This document shows, one piece after another, positions 1 to 14,423 of a stretch of DNA of 64,000 bases (within the stretch, counting starts at the first letter, position 1; each line of letters starts with the position of its first letter). Source of the DNA: Podarcis filfolensis (Eukaryota); the NCBI GenBank assembly GCA_964270895.1, contig OZ185438.1; one strand, 5' to 3'. The notes beneath the pieces are model-generated. The model ran no database searches, was not told the origin of the DNA, and saw only the letters and a program-made list of their open reading frames with translations. Both the position numbers and the translations under genes were made by a program.

Positions 1-402
1 CCTCACAAAAGCCATTTCCTGAAATTAGCTTAACTTTGTTTGTGGTGTGACATTATTAATTTTTTCCCCTTTTAAGAAAAGAATCAAGGTATGATTTTAC
101 CCAACCCCTACGTTTACTATACTCCTGTTATGAAAAGATAAAATAAAATATGGGTATGGCCTGCTGATGGTACCCTCCTGTCTGAGCTCATTATTACTGT
201 GATTTTGTGTGAGGAAATGTTCTTTCAGAAAAGTGCGGGGCAAACTTGTCAGTTGATGAAAGAAAAAAAAGAAAAGAACAAATCGGTAAAGGATTCTAAC
301 TGCGCTTTAAGAGTAATAATAATAATACAAAATGGCACACTTTCAAAATTGGTTGGCATTCGCCTGGGCTCACTTACCTTTTTTATTATTGAGGAAAATC
401 TA

Positions 403-597
<195 letters not shown>

Positions 598-850
598 TTA
601 GGAAAATAAAAACTTTTTAATCACATGCAAAAATTATGATTATCCACACTGACAGATGCAGAAACTAGGAGTACTGAACCTAGAAATCACCATGAAATTT
701 CTTTAACTATAACCTCCAGGGTGCCACAGGTCCAAGGCACATCACATGCTCCTCATGCAGAATGTCCTAGGTTCAGTCTCTGGCATCTCCAGAATGATCA
801 AGGGGATGGAGCAACTCCCACATTAAATTCGATTCTTGCAATGCATTAAA

Positions 851-1354
851 CGTAGGGCTTCTTCTGAAGGTGGTTTGGGAACTTCAGCTAGCGCGGAATT
901 CAATGGCCAGGTTGCTCCCTGGGGCAAGGTGGTTTGAGCATCTCTCCATTGTTGGGAAACTGTGTACGTGCAGCTACTCACACAGAGTCAATTAAGGTTT
1001 GGCAGACAGCCAGAAGGTAATCTGAAGGAGTAAGTCTGCCTGGAGATAACAGAGACATGGAGACCACTCCCTGATTGGAGAAGCTCTCTCAAGGGAGTGA
1101 TAATTAATGGCCTACTAACTGTTAGTTCAGAGTTCGTGAGTTCAGTAGTTCTGTGTCAGTGTAGGAGTTGTGAGTCGTGTCAGAGAGAGCTAGCAAAAGA
1201 TCCATGTTCTGTTCCTGTAAATAGTCCACTGTATATAATAAACACCTAACTACAAGTTCCTGGTTCCTGCTTCGTCTATCCTGCCTGCAGCCAAGTTGCC
1301 AATTGCTTCCGTGGATTCTGCGTGTACTCTGCTAGATCTGGCTAAGGTCCTGCA
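851..1354 (+). mobile_element. Probable degraded solo LTR
   Basis: Imperfect inverted termini (c/t)GTAGGGC...GTCCTGCA, AATAAA near 1238, LTR-like composition. No matching TSD found. Confidence 0.45.
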
Positions 1355-1409
1355 ACTAGTCAGAAAGTTGTGAAACACAAAATAGGTTTTGCTAATATGA
1401 ACCTTCCCA

Positions 1410-1700
1410 CACCCCGAGATCATCCTCTGAGGCCCTTCTTCAAATGCCTCCTCCACAAGAGGACCAGAGGGTAGCAACACAAGAACAGTGGCCTCCGGGA
1501 TTGTGGAATGGTCTCCCCAGCGAGGTTTGCCTGGCGCCTTCATTATACACCCTTATGCGTCAGGCAAAATCATTCCTCTTTAACCAGAGCTTTGGATGAT
1601 TGACATCTGATGCCCTTTTAAAACGTGTTGGGGAGGGGGTGGGGTTATTGGGTTGTTTTTATTTTTATTATGCATTTTGTATCTTTATATTGTGATTCAC
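1410..1700 (+). mobile_element. L2-clade LINE 3' fragment
   Basis: Plus frame RSSSEALLQMPP... parallels the L2 C-terminus at 17500-17600 (RSSAEGLLAVPS); followed by a T-rich 3' UTR-like tail. Confidence 0.6.
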
Positions 1701-4700
1701 TCCAGATTACAGAACAGATATTTTTAGGAGTAGCCATAAATCTCAGTCAAATGCATGTTGGGTACACACTTTGATTACAGTCTAGTCTAGCGCTGTAGCC
1801 AAATTGGACTGGCTACATCGCACTGATAATGTTTTGCTCACTACATCATCCCTGGCTGGAATCATGCTGTAAGGAAAATGAAAACAACCCTGGAGAAGCA
1901 GCAGACAGGAAAACCTAGCTGGCTGTGAACAGACATTAAAAACATTGGAGAAATACATTTTGTTTCCACCTCTCCCCCTACCCCCTGCTTCGCCACAAAC
2001 AATTCCCATGGGGGAAAAGAAATCAGCATATTTTTTTGAATTCTGGCCCAGCCACATGCAGTATTCTAAGGCCTACATTTGTTCAATTTTGAACTTTTTA
2101 TACTATACAATTTTTAAATGCATTCATTGGTTGGGAAAAAAAGTCACTCATTTCGAAACCCCTGAGCCAATTTTGCTCTCACATCAGTACTATGCCACCC
2201 AAGTGGAATGTGTGAACAGAGTTTGTTCTTTGGACAGAATGGAATCAAACAATATTTTGAACAGTTGTCTGATCAGCTGTGTGCCACTTGGATTTCAGAG
2301 CTTATCAGAGCACGCACTGTGGGAAGCTATTGTAAAAACTTGAGAAAAGAGGTGTTTTGCCAGGTGTTGTTCATTCTGAAATTACTGAATTTTTCTAGTG
2401 CTTCAAAGAGCCTCTTAAACAATATGGGGAGAGATGAAAGCAATGCTCTGGTGTAAGTGCCAGGAATCTATATGATAGGGGAAAAAAACTGTACAGTATC
2501 AATACTGAACCACAGATTACCTTCCCTGAGCCCTCATCCACGTAAATAAGGTTATAATTAGAGGCGCACATATTTGTATAGTGTCAGTGCAATGGATGGA
2601 GACTTACTCTGAAAGAACAGCACAAACCATGTCTACTCAGAAGTAAGTTCTGTTGAATTCAATGGGGAGTGCTCTGAGATAAGCAGAGTTAGAATTGTAG
2701 CCTGAAGTATCAAATAACAAGTTTTCTGATACTATGGCACGTCATTTATTAATGCGAAAAGCAGGGTGACATTGTTCCCTGTCTGGAGGACATGCGGCAG
2801 ATGATTAAATGTGCAATATCCCCAAAAGTATATGTCAACCTGTAATAAGCCACTTTTAATAATCTGAATGCTTTGAGAAATAAATATGGGCATCTACAAT
2901 GTGACCAAACTAGAAATTCATAGAAGGGAAGACAGTCTGCCAAAGGTTTCTTTAATTTAGGCAGGGACTGCAACTGAAATGGTGCATGAATATTTGGAAA
3001 CCCATGACCTCAATTTTAAGCACAGCTAGAAGGTGGTGAGGAAGTTGGATCAAAACCCTGTCCCTGAGTGTTCCATCTTCTATGGAGCAAATGAAAACCG
3101 CCCCAGGGAAATAAAGCTTGAATCGGCTTAAAACAGCTGGAGTAAAACAGATCCACTATAATCCAGAATGTCATGTAGATTCTGGGAATAATAGGTGGAT
3201 TTTATTTTATTTTGAGCATTTGTATCCCACTCTTCGGCCAGAAAGGCTCTCAGAGCAGCTTTCATAGAACCAAAACAAGACAGTCCCTACCCACAAGTTG
3301 CCAATCTAAAAGAACCCAATGAATCTAAAATACAACACAACGTTCTGTGAGTGGGTGAGTCTTCTTACTAAAATTAATTAGAAATCTTGAGAATTGACCG
3401 TTACCACATTTTAAATATGCTTGGAGTAATATGGGTCAGAACCCAAATCAAAGCACAATGCTTCTAATCATGGAGTTCCATGCGGTTCGTCATCTACTAC
3501 CTTCTAAGTTGCTCAATCTTCTTCCAACTTCCAACGGAAGGGGTAGGACAATATTTTCACCAGTTCCTTCCAAGTCTGTATTAACAAGGCTTTTACATCA
3601 CTACCTTAGTCTACCTTGAAGAATGGTACCATCTACGTAGGCTTCCAAAATCTGCGTCATCATTATGTCTCTCCCCCCCATTTTGTCTTGAAACAAAGAC
3701 CAGCTCATTACACCCTCTGTGTGTGTTTTTAATCTATGCTCAGGACATCAAATTGTGTCTAAAAGTCTATAAACTCTTTATGCCTTACCCTCTGTGTTCT
3801 ATTTCTTATATTGCATCACATGTTTTCTTTTGACATTTGTTTTCAAACAGATTTTGATACACATTGATATTTCAAATACATATAGCAGGTCTGGGTGAGC
3901 AATTATTAGAAAGATAAAGATGAAGATTTGGCTCTTATTTAGTGTTAACAAGACATATTTAAGCAATGTGAATTCTTGCTTTCCTGCCTTTTGTGACTTG
4001 ATTGCATCAATCAATAATTTGTTCATGGATATATTAATGTCTATATCTTTCCCACAATGCCATTATCTGTGGGTGACATCCAATAATCTCCACCCAACTG
4101 TGCAACACATTTGCCCAACAGGACTTCCCTTTCCTCTCCTCCCCTTTGAAGGCTCCAAAAATCTGCTCCAAAGGGTCTCTCAACCCTGTAGAGCAGATCT
4201 GGGGGCAGGATAGGGGTGAGAAGAGGAAGGGTAAGTCTCCTTGTGCAAATAGAAGTACATTCATATGCCACTGGATATTACTCTATACTTATTTCCTTGT
4301 CACTTTATCTGCAAATTTCTAAATCAGCCAAGGAATCACAAAGGAATCTGCAAAAGGAACTGCAAAATACGAGTGTCGGCAGTGAGGCTGAGCTTCTTAG
4401 GAACTAGTGTGGTTGAGACAAGATAGAAGGAATATCAGGAAAAAAACATCATGGCAGCAAAATAAGAAGAATCATAAAGGCCTTCTTGTAAGAAAATGGA
4501 ACAAAAACAGCTCAATATTGTGCTGCTATTTATCATGCTTACATGACTCTAGTGATTTTGATGTCTACACCAAAGGGGGGAGTATTTTTCTAAGGCTTGC
4601 CACTCTGGCTTTGAGTACAATGCACACATGGTGCTTGCTTGGCTAGTGTACTACTGGTGCTTTTAGCAAGAAATGTGGAACTTTATTGTGACATTTCCTT

Positions 4701-4857
4701 AAAAATGAAAACACATTTTTCTCCTTCACAAGTTACAATCTAAAATTGTGCAGAAAGTGGTTGTTTTTGTTTGTTTGCATTTTGGTACAAGAACTGACAC
4801 CCAACTAAGTCTTACTCTAAGCAGACACACTGAAACCAATCGGCAAATCACTTAGGT

Positions 4858-5051
4858 CAGGGCTGTCCAACTCCCAAGAGACTGCGATCTACTCACAGTA
4901 TAAAGAACTGGCAGTGATCTACCCATTGTCACTGGAGCCAAAGTTGTTGAGCTTTTTTCTTTTTGCTGAGGGGTACAAAGATTGATCAGGATCAACCCGG
5001 TACATCCCGCAATCGACCAGTAGGTCGTGATCGACCTGTTGGGCAGGCCTG
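4858..5051. mobile_element. hAT-type MITE, family shared with 60966-61139
   Basis: Termini CAGGGCTGTCCAAC...GTTGGGCAGGCCTG; 8-bp TSD ACTTAGGT (4850-4857) / ACTTAGGC (5052-5059); 5' part near-identical to 60966 onward. Confidence 0.85.
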
Positions 5052-5110
5052 ACTTAGGCCAATTGATTTCAATTGGTCTCCTCTGTGTTTGACTGCTGGA
5101 TATGACTCTA

Positions 5111-5205
5111 TAGTGGATGCATTCAACATGGTACCCTCCAGATCTTGTTGGACTACAACTCTCATCATCCTTTGATGCCAGCATCATCTGGAGAGCACCA
5201 CATTG
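5111..5205. mobile_element. Relic of palindromic hAT-like non-autonomous element (ccagatgttgttggactacaactc motif family)
   Basis: Same motif recurs at about 12135-12233 and 45899-45985; boundaries approximate. Confidence 0.55.
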
Positions 5206-8125
5206 GCTATTGCTGCCCTGGCTCTCAATACTTCTTCCTTTAAGTCAGAAAGAATTAATTCTTTAAAGCATCTTGATGCAAAATGCCAACATTGACTATG
5301 CCTGAGCTGCAAAAAAGTAAGAAAGTGCTCTTTCATTGTCAGCTGCAAAAAGAGAGCAAGAGCGAGAGAGCACGCTAGTAACTAATACCTTTTCTTGGTA
5401 GGTATTTAGAGGTAAATACTCAAAATTGCCCAGATACCAAGATCGCATTTTAAACCAAATGTCAGCTTGTAAACAAGCAAGAAGATCGACGTCACATCAT
5501 TGTCTCTAGGACAATAAAGTTCCCAGCCTTTCAACAACCATAATTTGGTTCCAAGAAATCTAGAGAGTGACGGGTATATGATAAAGGAAACCTAAAAATA
5601 CAACAGAGAGTTCACAACAGCAACACATTTAGATGATTATCCATTCAAGCCTTAAGATTGCTGACCAATCGTCACCTTCAAAATACAAACTTTTCTGTAC
5701 TTTGTCGAAATTACAAAGTAAAACTTGAGTAAGTTAAATTATTGATTGACTGCTTTCCTCTTTTGCTTAGCAACCACATTTAGCACCTCAGAACGAAAAT
5801 TATTCCTGCACAAAAAGAGTACAAATAATGCAGGTTAAGTACTCTCCTGGTGTGAATGTATGAAAGGTAGGCTTGTTTTCTGGCTCTGTCCAATTCATTG
5901 TAGCCATTGTCCCCTATACGGTTTTATCAAGAATGCTTAAATGGCTATCATCAAATAGCATTTGAATACACTGTAATTCTAGTGCACAACTAGGTTTTAT
6001 CAGGGTCGCTGCGCTGAACTGAGCACAGGATGATGAAGAGTCTAAAACATGGGCTATTCTCTACCAGAAGAATTAGACACCATTAGATTCCCATTCTTCT
6101 CAACGTGAACAGCAGCTGAGGCTTTGGCAGAATTCCCTATGCTGATGCTCCTTTGATTCCTATATTGTCTGAACCTTGGCATTCACACAAGGAGTGAGCA
6201 GGCAGGGTGTGTAATATGGAAAGATCTCTGGAAGAACCTCTTTTGCCTCTCTGGGAGGTTCAGGACAGAGGTGGGTTTAGAGTGGTGTGCCCACTGGGTG
6301 CCAGACTGCAGGGGGCACCAAAACAATGCTGTAGAATGGGGTGTGTGAGGCAGCGGGTGCAGAACTTTAGCGTTTATAACTTTTTGCCTTTGTGTCTCAG
6401 AAAGCACAGCATACAGAAAGAAGAGCCCCACTGGATTCAGCAGCCTTGCTGGGGACCAGATTGGGCCTCTGGTTTGACAGCTCCCAATCATGTTGCCCTT
6501 TTTATAATTATATGTCTGTTTTGGATATCTTCCCTGCTTTATTTTTATTTTTTACTTATTTCATAAAATTTGTACACCGCTTGATTGTAGAAAGCCTCAA
6601 AAGAGGTTTACCAAAATAATAAAACAGTAAGATTATTGGTAAAAACAACCACAAAATTAAAACCAGCAAAAAAGCAAAAACACATAAACATTCTAAATAT
6701 CTGCATATATATCTCTTCCATTGTGCCAGTGAGATCAGAATGTCAGACTTGCGTTCCATTACTGAGCTGATAAAGCTCATCCGACGATGATTAACGACTT
6801 GAGTCTTTGATAAGGCTCCAAGCATGTTTCCCCATTACGCAGAGTATACAGCAGCATGCGGAAGGACGAGACAGTATAAGCTACATGGCTAAAGAGTTTT
6901 ATTTCTAATTACGCAGACAGAAAAGAAACATCCTCTCTCTTTGAGAGCAGAGAGCAACTGAAACACAAAGGAACAGGAAACCAGTAAATATCACATCCGT
7001 CTCCCGTGAGACTTCCAACAGTATGGAAAGTGTGGAATGCAAAACAGAGTCTTGTGACTCCAAGCACTGCATAGCGGCACAAACAGAAACTAACACAGAT
7101 TAAGTCCTTCAATCTGAAGGTGCTTAGTTAGCATCCAAGCATATGTACCCACTAGAGAACACTGTATAGTTACATTTCTTTTGTACTTTTGCAGAATTTT
7201 GTTTTCTTTTGTCCTGGAAATAATGCAAAGGATTTGCAAAACCTGTTTGCCAGAGGCAAAGGTAGACTAAGTAGACAAACAATGAGAAGCGACTGATCTG
7301 TTTTCTTCTTCTTCTTCTTCCCCAAAACGGCTTCAGTGCTCTGACAAAGCTGTCTTCCATCTCAATGGCCTTACTGGTGAATCTGGACAAAATGTACACT
7401 CTGTCTTGTGAAATATTTCTCAGCTGGTACTTTCCTCAAGCAACCAATATTTCCTAATTTAAATTCCTTTTTAATACTCACACCTGCTCCCATCTCAGTA
7501 TCAGGTGAATCACAATGTTCATAATATAGGAAACACATAATTTATTCACTGCTTCCCTTATTTGTATGTTATCGTAGTAGTCACCCAAGTGGAAAATCTA
7601 AATGGTCCCTTACCATCACTACCACTTGGACTGGACCTCATTTTTTAAGGGGCATAGTGGTCCCTACCTTTTGCTGAAGTGGTAAGGCTGTGCCTGAGCT
7701 GTGTGGGAAGTAAGAGTCAGGGAGGACATAGGAGGGAAGACGGGAATGATCACTTCCCCAAACCACAGTTTGGAGGATGGTCATGAAAGCAGCCATAGTA
7801 TCTGTGACAGAACGGTAACTTTAGAATGCATAAAGCACTCCTGTGGAAATGCATTATGGAAATTCAGAGTATCAAAGACTGTATCCCTACCCTACACTCA
7901 GCTCTCACCTGTAGCGAGAGAAGCTGTCAGCATGTGAAAGCAGCCACAACCCAGGAACAGTTCTGACAAGTTGGCTAAACCAGGTGAAGGTAGCTGATGG
8001 GTCTCAAACCCTTGGTGAGTGGGGTGGGCAATTCCCCACCCACGGTGTAGACAGTGCTGAGCTAGGTGGACCGGGCTAGCTTCCTATGTTCCTGACTGAA
8101 CCATCCTGGTTTGGAGGGCTCACTG

Positions 8126-8251
8126 GGTGGTATTCAACTAAGTTTCACTCAAGAGTGGACCCATCAAACTTAATAGACCTAGCTTAGTCATGTTCATTAA
8201 TTCCAACGTCGCTCACTCTGAGTAAAAATTAGTTGAAAACCACCCACTCAA
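8126..8251. repeat. Old palindromic MITE-like element
   Basis: GGGTGGTATTCAACTAAGTTTCACTCAAGAGT is an imperfect inverted repeat of ACTCTGAGTAAAAATTAGTTGAAAACCACCC; related relics at about 22600-22690 and 33465-33525. Confidence 0.55.
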
Positions 8252-10902
8252 GCCAGTTTGCTGTTCAGGCATTTTGGAAACAATGATCTGAATAGACAAC
8301 GCGTGTGAAATGCTTGAGCTCATTGCTGAGTCCAACCCTCTAAACCATGGTTGGGGGGAACTGTAAGAATGCTGCTAGCATCTTCCCCCATAAGAATGAA
8401 TCTTACACCATATATGCACAGGTGTCAACAGCTGGGGACACAAACTTTTGGATAAGCTTTGGGGCCTATGTATAATGATGTTTTATGGATGGCCTCTAGG
8501 CTAATTCATTCATATAGCAGCGCTCCTGAATGTCTTGTACACAAATGTCCTCAGGTTAGAACTTGTGCACATTCCTATGGAAGAGAAAGTAACAAGTCAA
8601 TGTTACCATAAATACAGGCATACCTGTTTAAATATGATCGCTGCGATTCATTCAGGTGAATCTAAAATGTGAATCCAGGTATGTGGAACTACCTATATTA
8701 TACCATTAATAGATATAACCACCTATTGGATTGACTTTTTAAATAGACACATTGACTAAAAGATATGTAATATTAATATCCATCAAGTTATTGAACAACA
8801 TGGGAGTATTTTGATTGTTTGAAAATCAATTGCGTGTGTGCAGTGAAAAGAATATTAATGAAGTTACCAAAATTTTTGTTACTGTTATCAACTGCAAAGG
8901 ATTTGAATCAGAAATCCCTCACCTTTTCTTGCTTTGCTTAATTGCTATGCCTTTTTTTTGCAAAGCTTAGGACAAAATTTGCATATAAAAGTAGAGGGTG
9001 CTTTGAGATAATCAAATGCTCCAGTAGGAAGAAAATGATCAGATGATTAATTTGTGTTAATGAAGATGGGGGGGGGGGGTTAGATTCACAGCCTAATCTC
9101 TAGCAGAACAGCTGCTGTGGAAATAAATAGGCTGAAGATGACAAATGCCTGAATCTCCATGCAACTGCTAGAATCTGGTATGAACAGCAGTGTATAGATC
9201 TCTCCATAAATGCAAGAAGACTCTTCTAAAATATACAGAACTAACCATTGTTATAATACTAGGGTGGGTGTTTAAAAACTGAACACATGGGAAAGGGTAA
9301 TCCATACACAGGCAGGACCACACTGAACAAAATCTCATCCACCACTAAGATAAGAAGTGACTCCTTATAAATAAAAATGATAGAGCACATTGCAAAATCG
9401 ATTGTACTAGACGGTAAATTGTACAATCAATGTAAAATGTCAGGATCCAAATTCACAATATTGAAGTTCTACCTCTCTGTCTCTTTTTAAGAACATTATA
9501 TGATTTTAATTTTTTTTATAGATGTAACTTTTCCCAAAGAGCAAATTTATTTTATTTTAAATATTATCATAAATTTTCCAGAAAATACCTTTAAACTACA
9601 ATCCTATAACTACGTTCCAGGAAGAAGGGTTAACGCAACTTACTTCTAAGCAAACACACCTAGTAAATTGTGCTCTTAATTTAGTATTTTTTCTATCACA
9701 GTAGCAGACATCCCTTTGCGTAACGTTGTCTTGGCTAAGCAGGTTGGGCTATCAATCTGACCCAAAATAAGGGTTGTCATTTTAAAGAGATTATGGAGCC
9801 CGAATACACAGTCTATGGACACAGTGGTTGCGATGGTCCTTCTCCTACGACATTGCTCACCTATTCTCAGATTTTATGAGGTCAGTATTGCCACATCATG
9901 GAGCCCTGCAGGACCATATACAGCTTGTGATTTGTGTTAGCATCATATGATGTTCCCTGGGCCACAAAGTTAGGATATGTGCAAAACTGGAATACAATTG
10001 GTTTCATCTACAAATTTCTAAAGAGTTGGTATTTCAGCTCTCAGCAACATTCTGGTAGGAAAAACTACATAAAGTAAATAAGGAAACATTGTCAAACTAT
10101 ATCTGCGGTCCGTACGTATGTTGAGAGTAATAATTCACATACATGTAAATGTGGGCTGAAAATTAAGCTGGTTGTGTGATGGTGTAATCAAATGAGTGCT
10201 TAGCTGAAAGATTAGCAACCTCAATGTTCTGATCTGGATGTAATATATCTTGGTTTATTAACCTGAGATGTGCATCATAATTCAACTTGCGAGCTCTGCC
10301 CATCTGTGGCCCACATGGGTATATTTACCAAAGCAGGAGTGCCAGCTTGGCACCACGACAGTGGGTGCCCTGGCCAGTGGGTGCCATGCAGCGTGCATGG
10401 CCCTGGTGATGAAATTTGTGGGTGCCTGACCCCTTCATGGGGAATTTTGTGGGTGCTCAGGCACCCAGTGAGCCCAGGGGCCCAGCACCTATGTACTAAA
10501 GTTGCCTGTTACATATAAACTGAGAAGGATGTACACAAGCTTCAGAACAAACCAGGAAGAAGGAAATGGGCAGTACACTACAGCATAATATCTGGCTCCC
10601 AGATAATACTTGCACTTTGCTGAGACTCAGCTGCCTATACTCAGTGGCACAGGGAAGTAGAATGGACAGAACCCTAAAATGGGTTTGGGGCTGTACTTTT
10701 CCATGTCATATGGCTGGAGATAAGTACCTTGCACAACTGCCTGCCTCATTATTGGCCTATAATACACATGCCTCTCTTATTTATTTATTTGCAAATAAAC
10801 TTACATCCATTAAAAATCTCAATCAAGTTTATCATATTAAATATTAGATATCCCCCACTCTGTGTATATGCATTTCCTTTCTCTGTCATAGATATATTAT
10901 TA

Positions 10903-11144
10903 CAGTGGTATCGCAGGTTAAGTACTTAATTCGTTCCGGAGGTCCGTTCTGAACCTGAAACTGTTCTTAACCTGAAGCACCACTTTAGCTAATGGGGCCT
11001 CCTGCTGCCGCCGCGCCGCCAGAGCCCGATTTCTGTTCTTATCCTGAAGCAAAGTTCTTAACCTGAAGCACTATTTCTGGGTTAGCGGAGTGTGTAACCT
11101 GAAGCGTATGTAACCTGAAGCGTATGTAACCCGAGGTACCACTG
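10903..11144. mobile_element. Tc1/mariner (pogo/Tigger-like) MITE, 242 bp, copy 1
   Basis: TIRs CAGTGGTA(tcgca)GGTTA / TAACCCGAGGTACCACTG; TA on both flanks (10901-10902, 11145-11146); same family as 20174 and 60381. Confidence 0.9.
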
Positions 11145-11429
11145 TATATAAAGTTTAGTTTGTCTTGCTTGGTCTAATTCAAGACAAATTTTAACCCCCC
11201 CTTTTTTTTTAGTTCCAGGAGCTCCAGTATTACATGGCTGTTCCATCAATTTCCTGTACAAAAACAGGAACTTTATATAAATGCTGGAGTGCAGGAATAA
11301 TTCAGGACTGTGGCAAAATTATTCCCTCTAATAAGGTTTATTGGGCTAATTTTGATCTGTAACCCAGCTTCAAGAGCACTGTTTGAAAATGATGATGCTA
11401 GGTGAAACATTCTAATCAGATCATATTAT

Positions 11430-11719
11430 TTGTTTGTTGTTGTTTAGTCATTTAGTTGTGTCCGACACTTTGTGACCCCATGGATCAGAGCACGCCAGGC
11501 ACTCCTGTCTTCCACTGCCTCCCGCAGTTTGGTCAAACTCATGCTGGTAGCTTCGAGAACACTGTCCAACCATCTCGTCCTCTGTCGTCCCCTTCTCCTT
11601 GTGCCCTCCATCTTTCCCAACATCAGGGTCTTTTCCAGGGAGTCTTCTCTTCTCATGAGTTGGTCAAAGTATTGGAGTCTCAGCTTCAGGATCTGTCCTT
11701 CCAGTGAGCACTCAGGACT
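11430..11719 (-). mobile_element. Bov-B (RTE) LINE, 5'-truncated 3' end
   Basis: Encodes ...LKLRLQYFDQLMRREDSLEKTLMLGKMEGTRRRGRQRTRWLDSV..., the Bov-B RT C-terminus; (CAA)-type tail; 11-bp TSD GATCATATTAT (11419-11429 / 11720-11730). Confidence 0.93.
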
Positions 11720-12134
11720 GATCATATTATGCCAAATGTGATTATTGATTAAAAGCTTTGAGGGTTGGGGTTGGGGGTTAAAATAAAGCCCCATGAAGCC
11801 TACAACATAAACACATATGGCTGGTGTGGAAACAACATTATCAATCTCTTAATACTGGTAGAAACTAGATTAGGAGTGAGCCACGAGACCACTCTCTTTC
11901 CCATCAAAACAGACCCTATTTGCCTGCGCACTGACACTAATAAATCCTGGTTCAGAGAGAAACTGTTTATGATTCAGTATTGTCAACACTAGTACTAATA
12001 TAACTTAAGTCATAGTCACAGAAAGACAAGGAGGGGGTAATTTGCATGCAATCAGTGATTGGAATGGGAGAAGAGAGCACATGAACTGCCTTGGGACCTA
12101 AAGTTCAAAGGTGAGATTTAAGTATTTTAAGCTA

Positions 12135-12233
12135 AATGTTGTTGGACTATAACTCTCGCTATCCCTGACCATTGATCATGCTGGCTGGAGCTGGTGGGAG
12201 TTGGAACAACATCTGGAAGGCCACAGGTTCCCC
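12135..12233. mobile_element. Palindromic hAT-like non-autonomous relic
   Basis: atgttgttggactataactc...gagttggaacaacat internal inverted repeat; same family as 5111 and 45899. Confidence 0.55.
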
Positions 12234-12880
12234 ATGTTCACTTTTTTTTTAAAAAAAGGAGGATTCTAAAACCTGATCCAGACCTCTTAGCTATGGTTAA
12301 ATGAATATGCCGTACCATTTGCCTGTAATTACATTTTAAAGTTTAATTTGAACATTTACTATACAGAGCAGTGAATGACCAGAGAGAAAAGTCTTATAAT
12401 GAAATTTTAATTATACTTATTTTAATAAAATAGTGAAATTAGCAAACATAATCCACAGCCTAGTTAATGTCAAAGTTCTTTGATTTCAGTCATTTTAGTT
12501 CCACTGAGGTCAACGAGACTAAAATCAGCTACTTTATCAAAATAATTAAAATCACTGCGCTGGGATCATACTTACATTTTTTTCTCCTTTCTGGTAAATG
12601 TTTCTATTGAAGCTAACTTCAAAGGATTTTTTGGGGTAAAAAATAATAATAATATCAGCATCAAACATACTTTTCAGACCACAAAGTAAAGCTCTTCAGA
12701 CAGCTCTGTTCTACATTTGCGATGTGAAAATTATTAATTGCAAATTCCCGAAAGAATCAGAAAGATCTCTTGGGAGAATTTTGGGGTGTACTGCATGACA
12801 TAGTGATATGAAACAGACTCAGAGAGGTTTTTCTTTTGGGGGGGGGGAGCTGCTGCTGCTGCTACAAAACCCTGTTCCAT

Positions 12881-13052
12881 GAGGGCACAAGGAGAAGGGG
12901 ACGACAGAGGACAAGATGGTTGGACAGTGTTCTCGAAGCTACCAGCATGACTTTGACCAAACTGCGGGAGGAAGTGGAAGACAGGAATGCCTGGCGTGCT
13001 CTGGTCCATGGGGTCACGAAGAGTCGGACACGACTAAACGACTAAACAACAA
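12881..13052 (+). mobile_element. Bov-B LINE short 3' end
   Basis: EGTRRRGRQRTRWLDSVLEATSMTLTKLREEVEDRNAWRALVHGVTKSRTRLND followed by ctaaacaac tail. Confidence 0.92.
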
Positions 13053-14423
13053 ATTGGTGGCTGAGGTATGTGTCTTTACAGTGTGCTATGAGTCACCCCA
13101 CAACCACCACTTTAATGTCAAAACGCAACTCTGGAATGTAATCTGAGCCTTGTTGCTATGGTGTCATTTCAAATACTCACATCTCTTTTCTATAGAAAAT
13201 TCTTAGTATTGTACTGAAATAAAAACAAGCCCACATTTAAAAGAATGTCATTTCAAAGAAATCAAGGCAATTTTGCTACCTCCTCTACTGGGGAAAAAAA
13301 TAAATAAAGCAGAAAGGAGATATGTAGATGGGGAAGAGGGGGGGGGAATGCTGAAGGAGGATGCATAATGATTCCCCAAATCTGGCGCTTTACTTTATAA
13401 TGCTGAACACAGTTTATATACACAAAGTAATCAAACGCAGTTTTATACAGCTGCAGAAAATTGAAGGATTTCCTACTTTGCTGGGGCAGTGGTGAAGGAA
13501 CAACTATACTCCCAATTCTCAAAAAGCTTTGAAGACATAAATTACACATCTATTAGGAGAACTATGCATTAAAGAATTTCAGAATGTATGATTATGTCTG
13601 GAATGTGCATCTTACACTTAAGCCTCTATACTTGATTGCTGTACATTTGATGGGTGGCCTCAGGTAGACTGGGGGAATAGGGTGGTGGTAATCCACAGTG
13701 GTAGAATGGACTTCACGGGACTTCAGTCTGCAGGTAGGGGAAACATAGTATTTTTGACCACATCCCTGCATCATCATCATCATCATCATTGTTATGTTTA
13801 AAAAACCCTGCAAGCAGAAAAGTAGCACACAAGGGAGTTGACTGGCCTGGAACTTCCATCTCAGTTGCAGCCAGCACCCTCCCTACAGAGACATCAGTGC
13901 TGCTTATTGAGGTGGTGTGGGGGCAGTGACATCAGAGCTGTGAAGCACTGGTGGAACTGACCTTCTACTCTCATTGGTGCACCTGCACAATGAGGCTTTT
14001 GCAAACCACGTTCAGCCTGCCATGGTCCTCCCCTGGTCTGCCAAGTTGTGCTGGGCCATTGGAGGAATTGCTTTGGGAGAAACTGCTTTGGGAAGGGCTG
14101 AAGCTCAATGGAAGAGCACCTGCTTCGTTTTCCCTGTGGTGCAGCTTCAACTTCTTAAACTGTTTCCCATAATTGTGAGGACTGGAAACATGGGGCGAGA
14201 TTTGCCCAACAGACCCCATCAGCAGAAGCCCTAGGCAAGGACCTGCACTTACACAATGGGGTTTCCACCCTGCCCATCCCATTGCACTCCCGAAATTGGC
14301 TCTGGGGGATCTGGAGAACTCCCGGAACAGCCCAGCGGGATAACGGGAGATTGTTCCATCTGACAAACTACAATGCTTGTGCTAACTCAAAGTTCATAAC
14401 AGCACAAAACAGAATTCCACCCG

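Noticed and set aside
6166-6479. Possible solo LTR (TGTCTGAACC...GGTTTGACA)
   Set aside because: Termini are only partly inverted, with no TSD and no second copy in the window.
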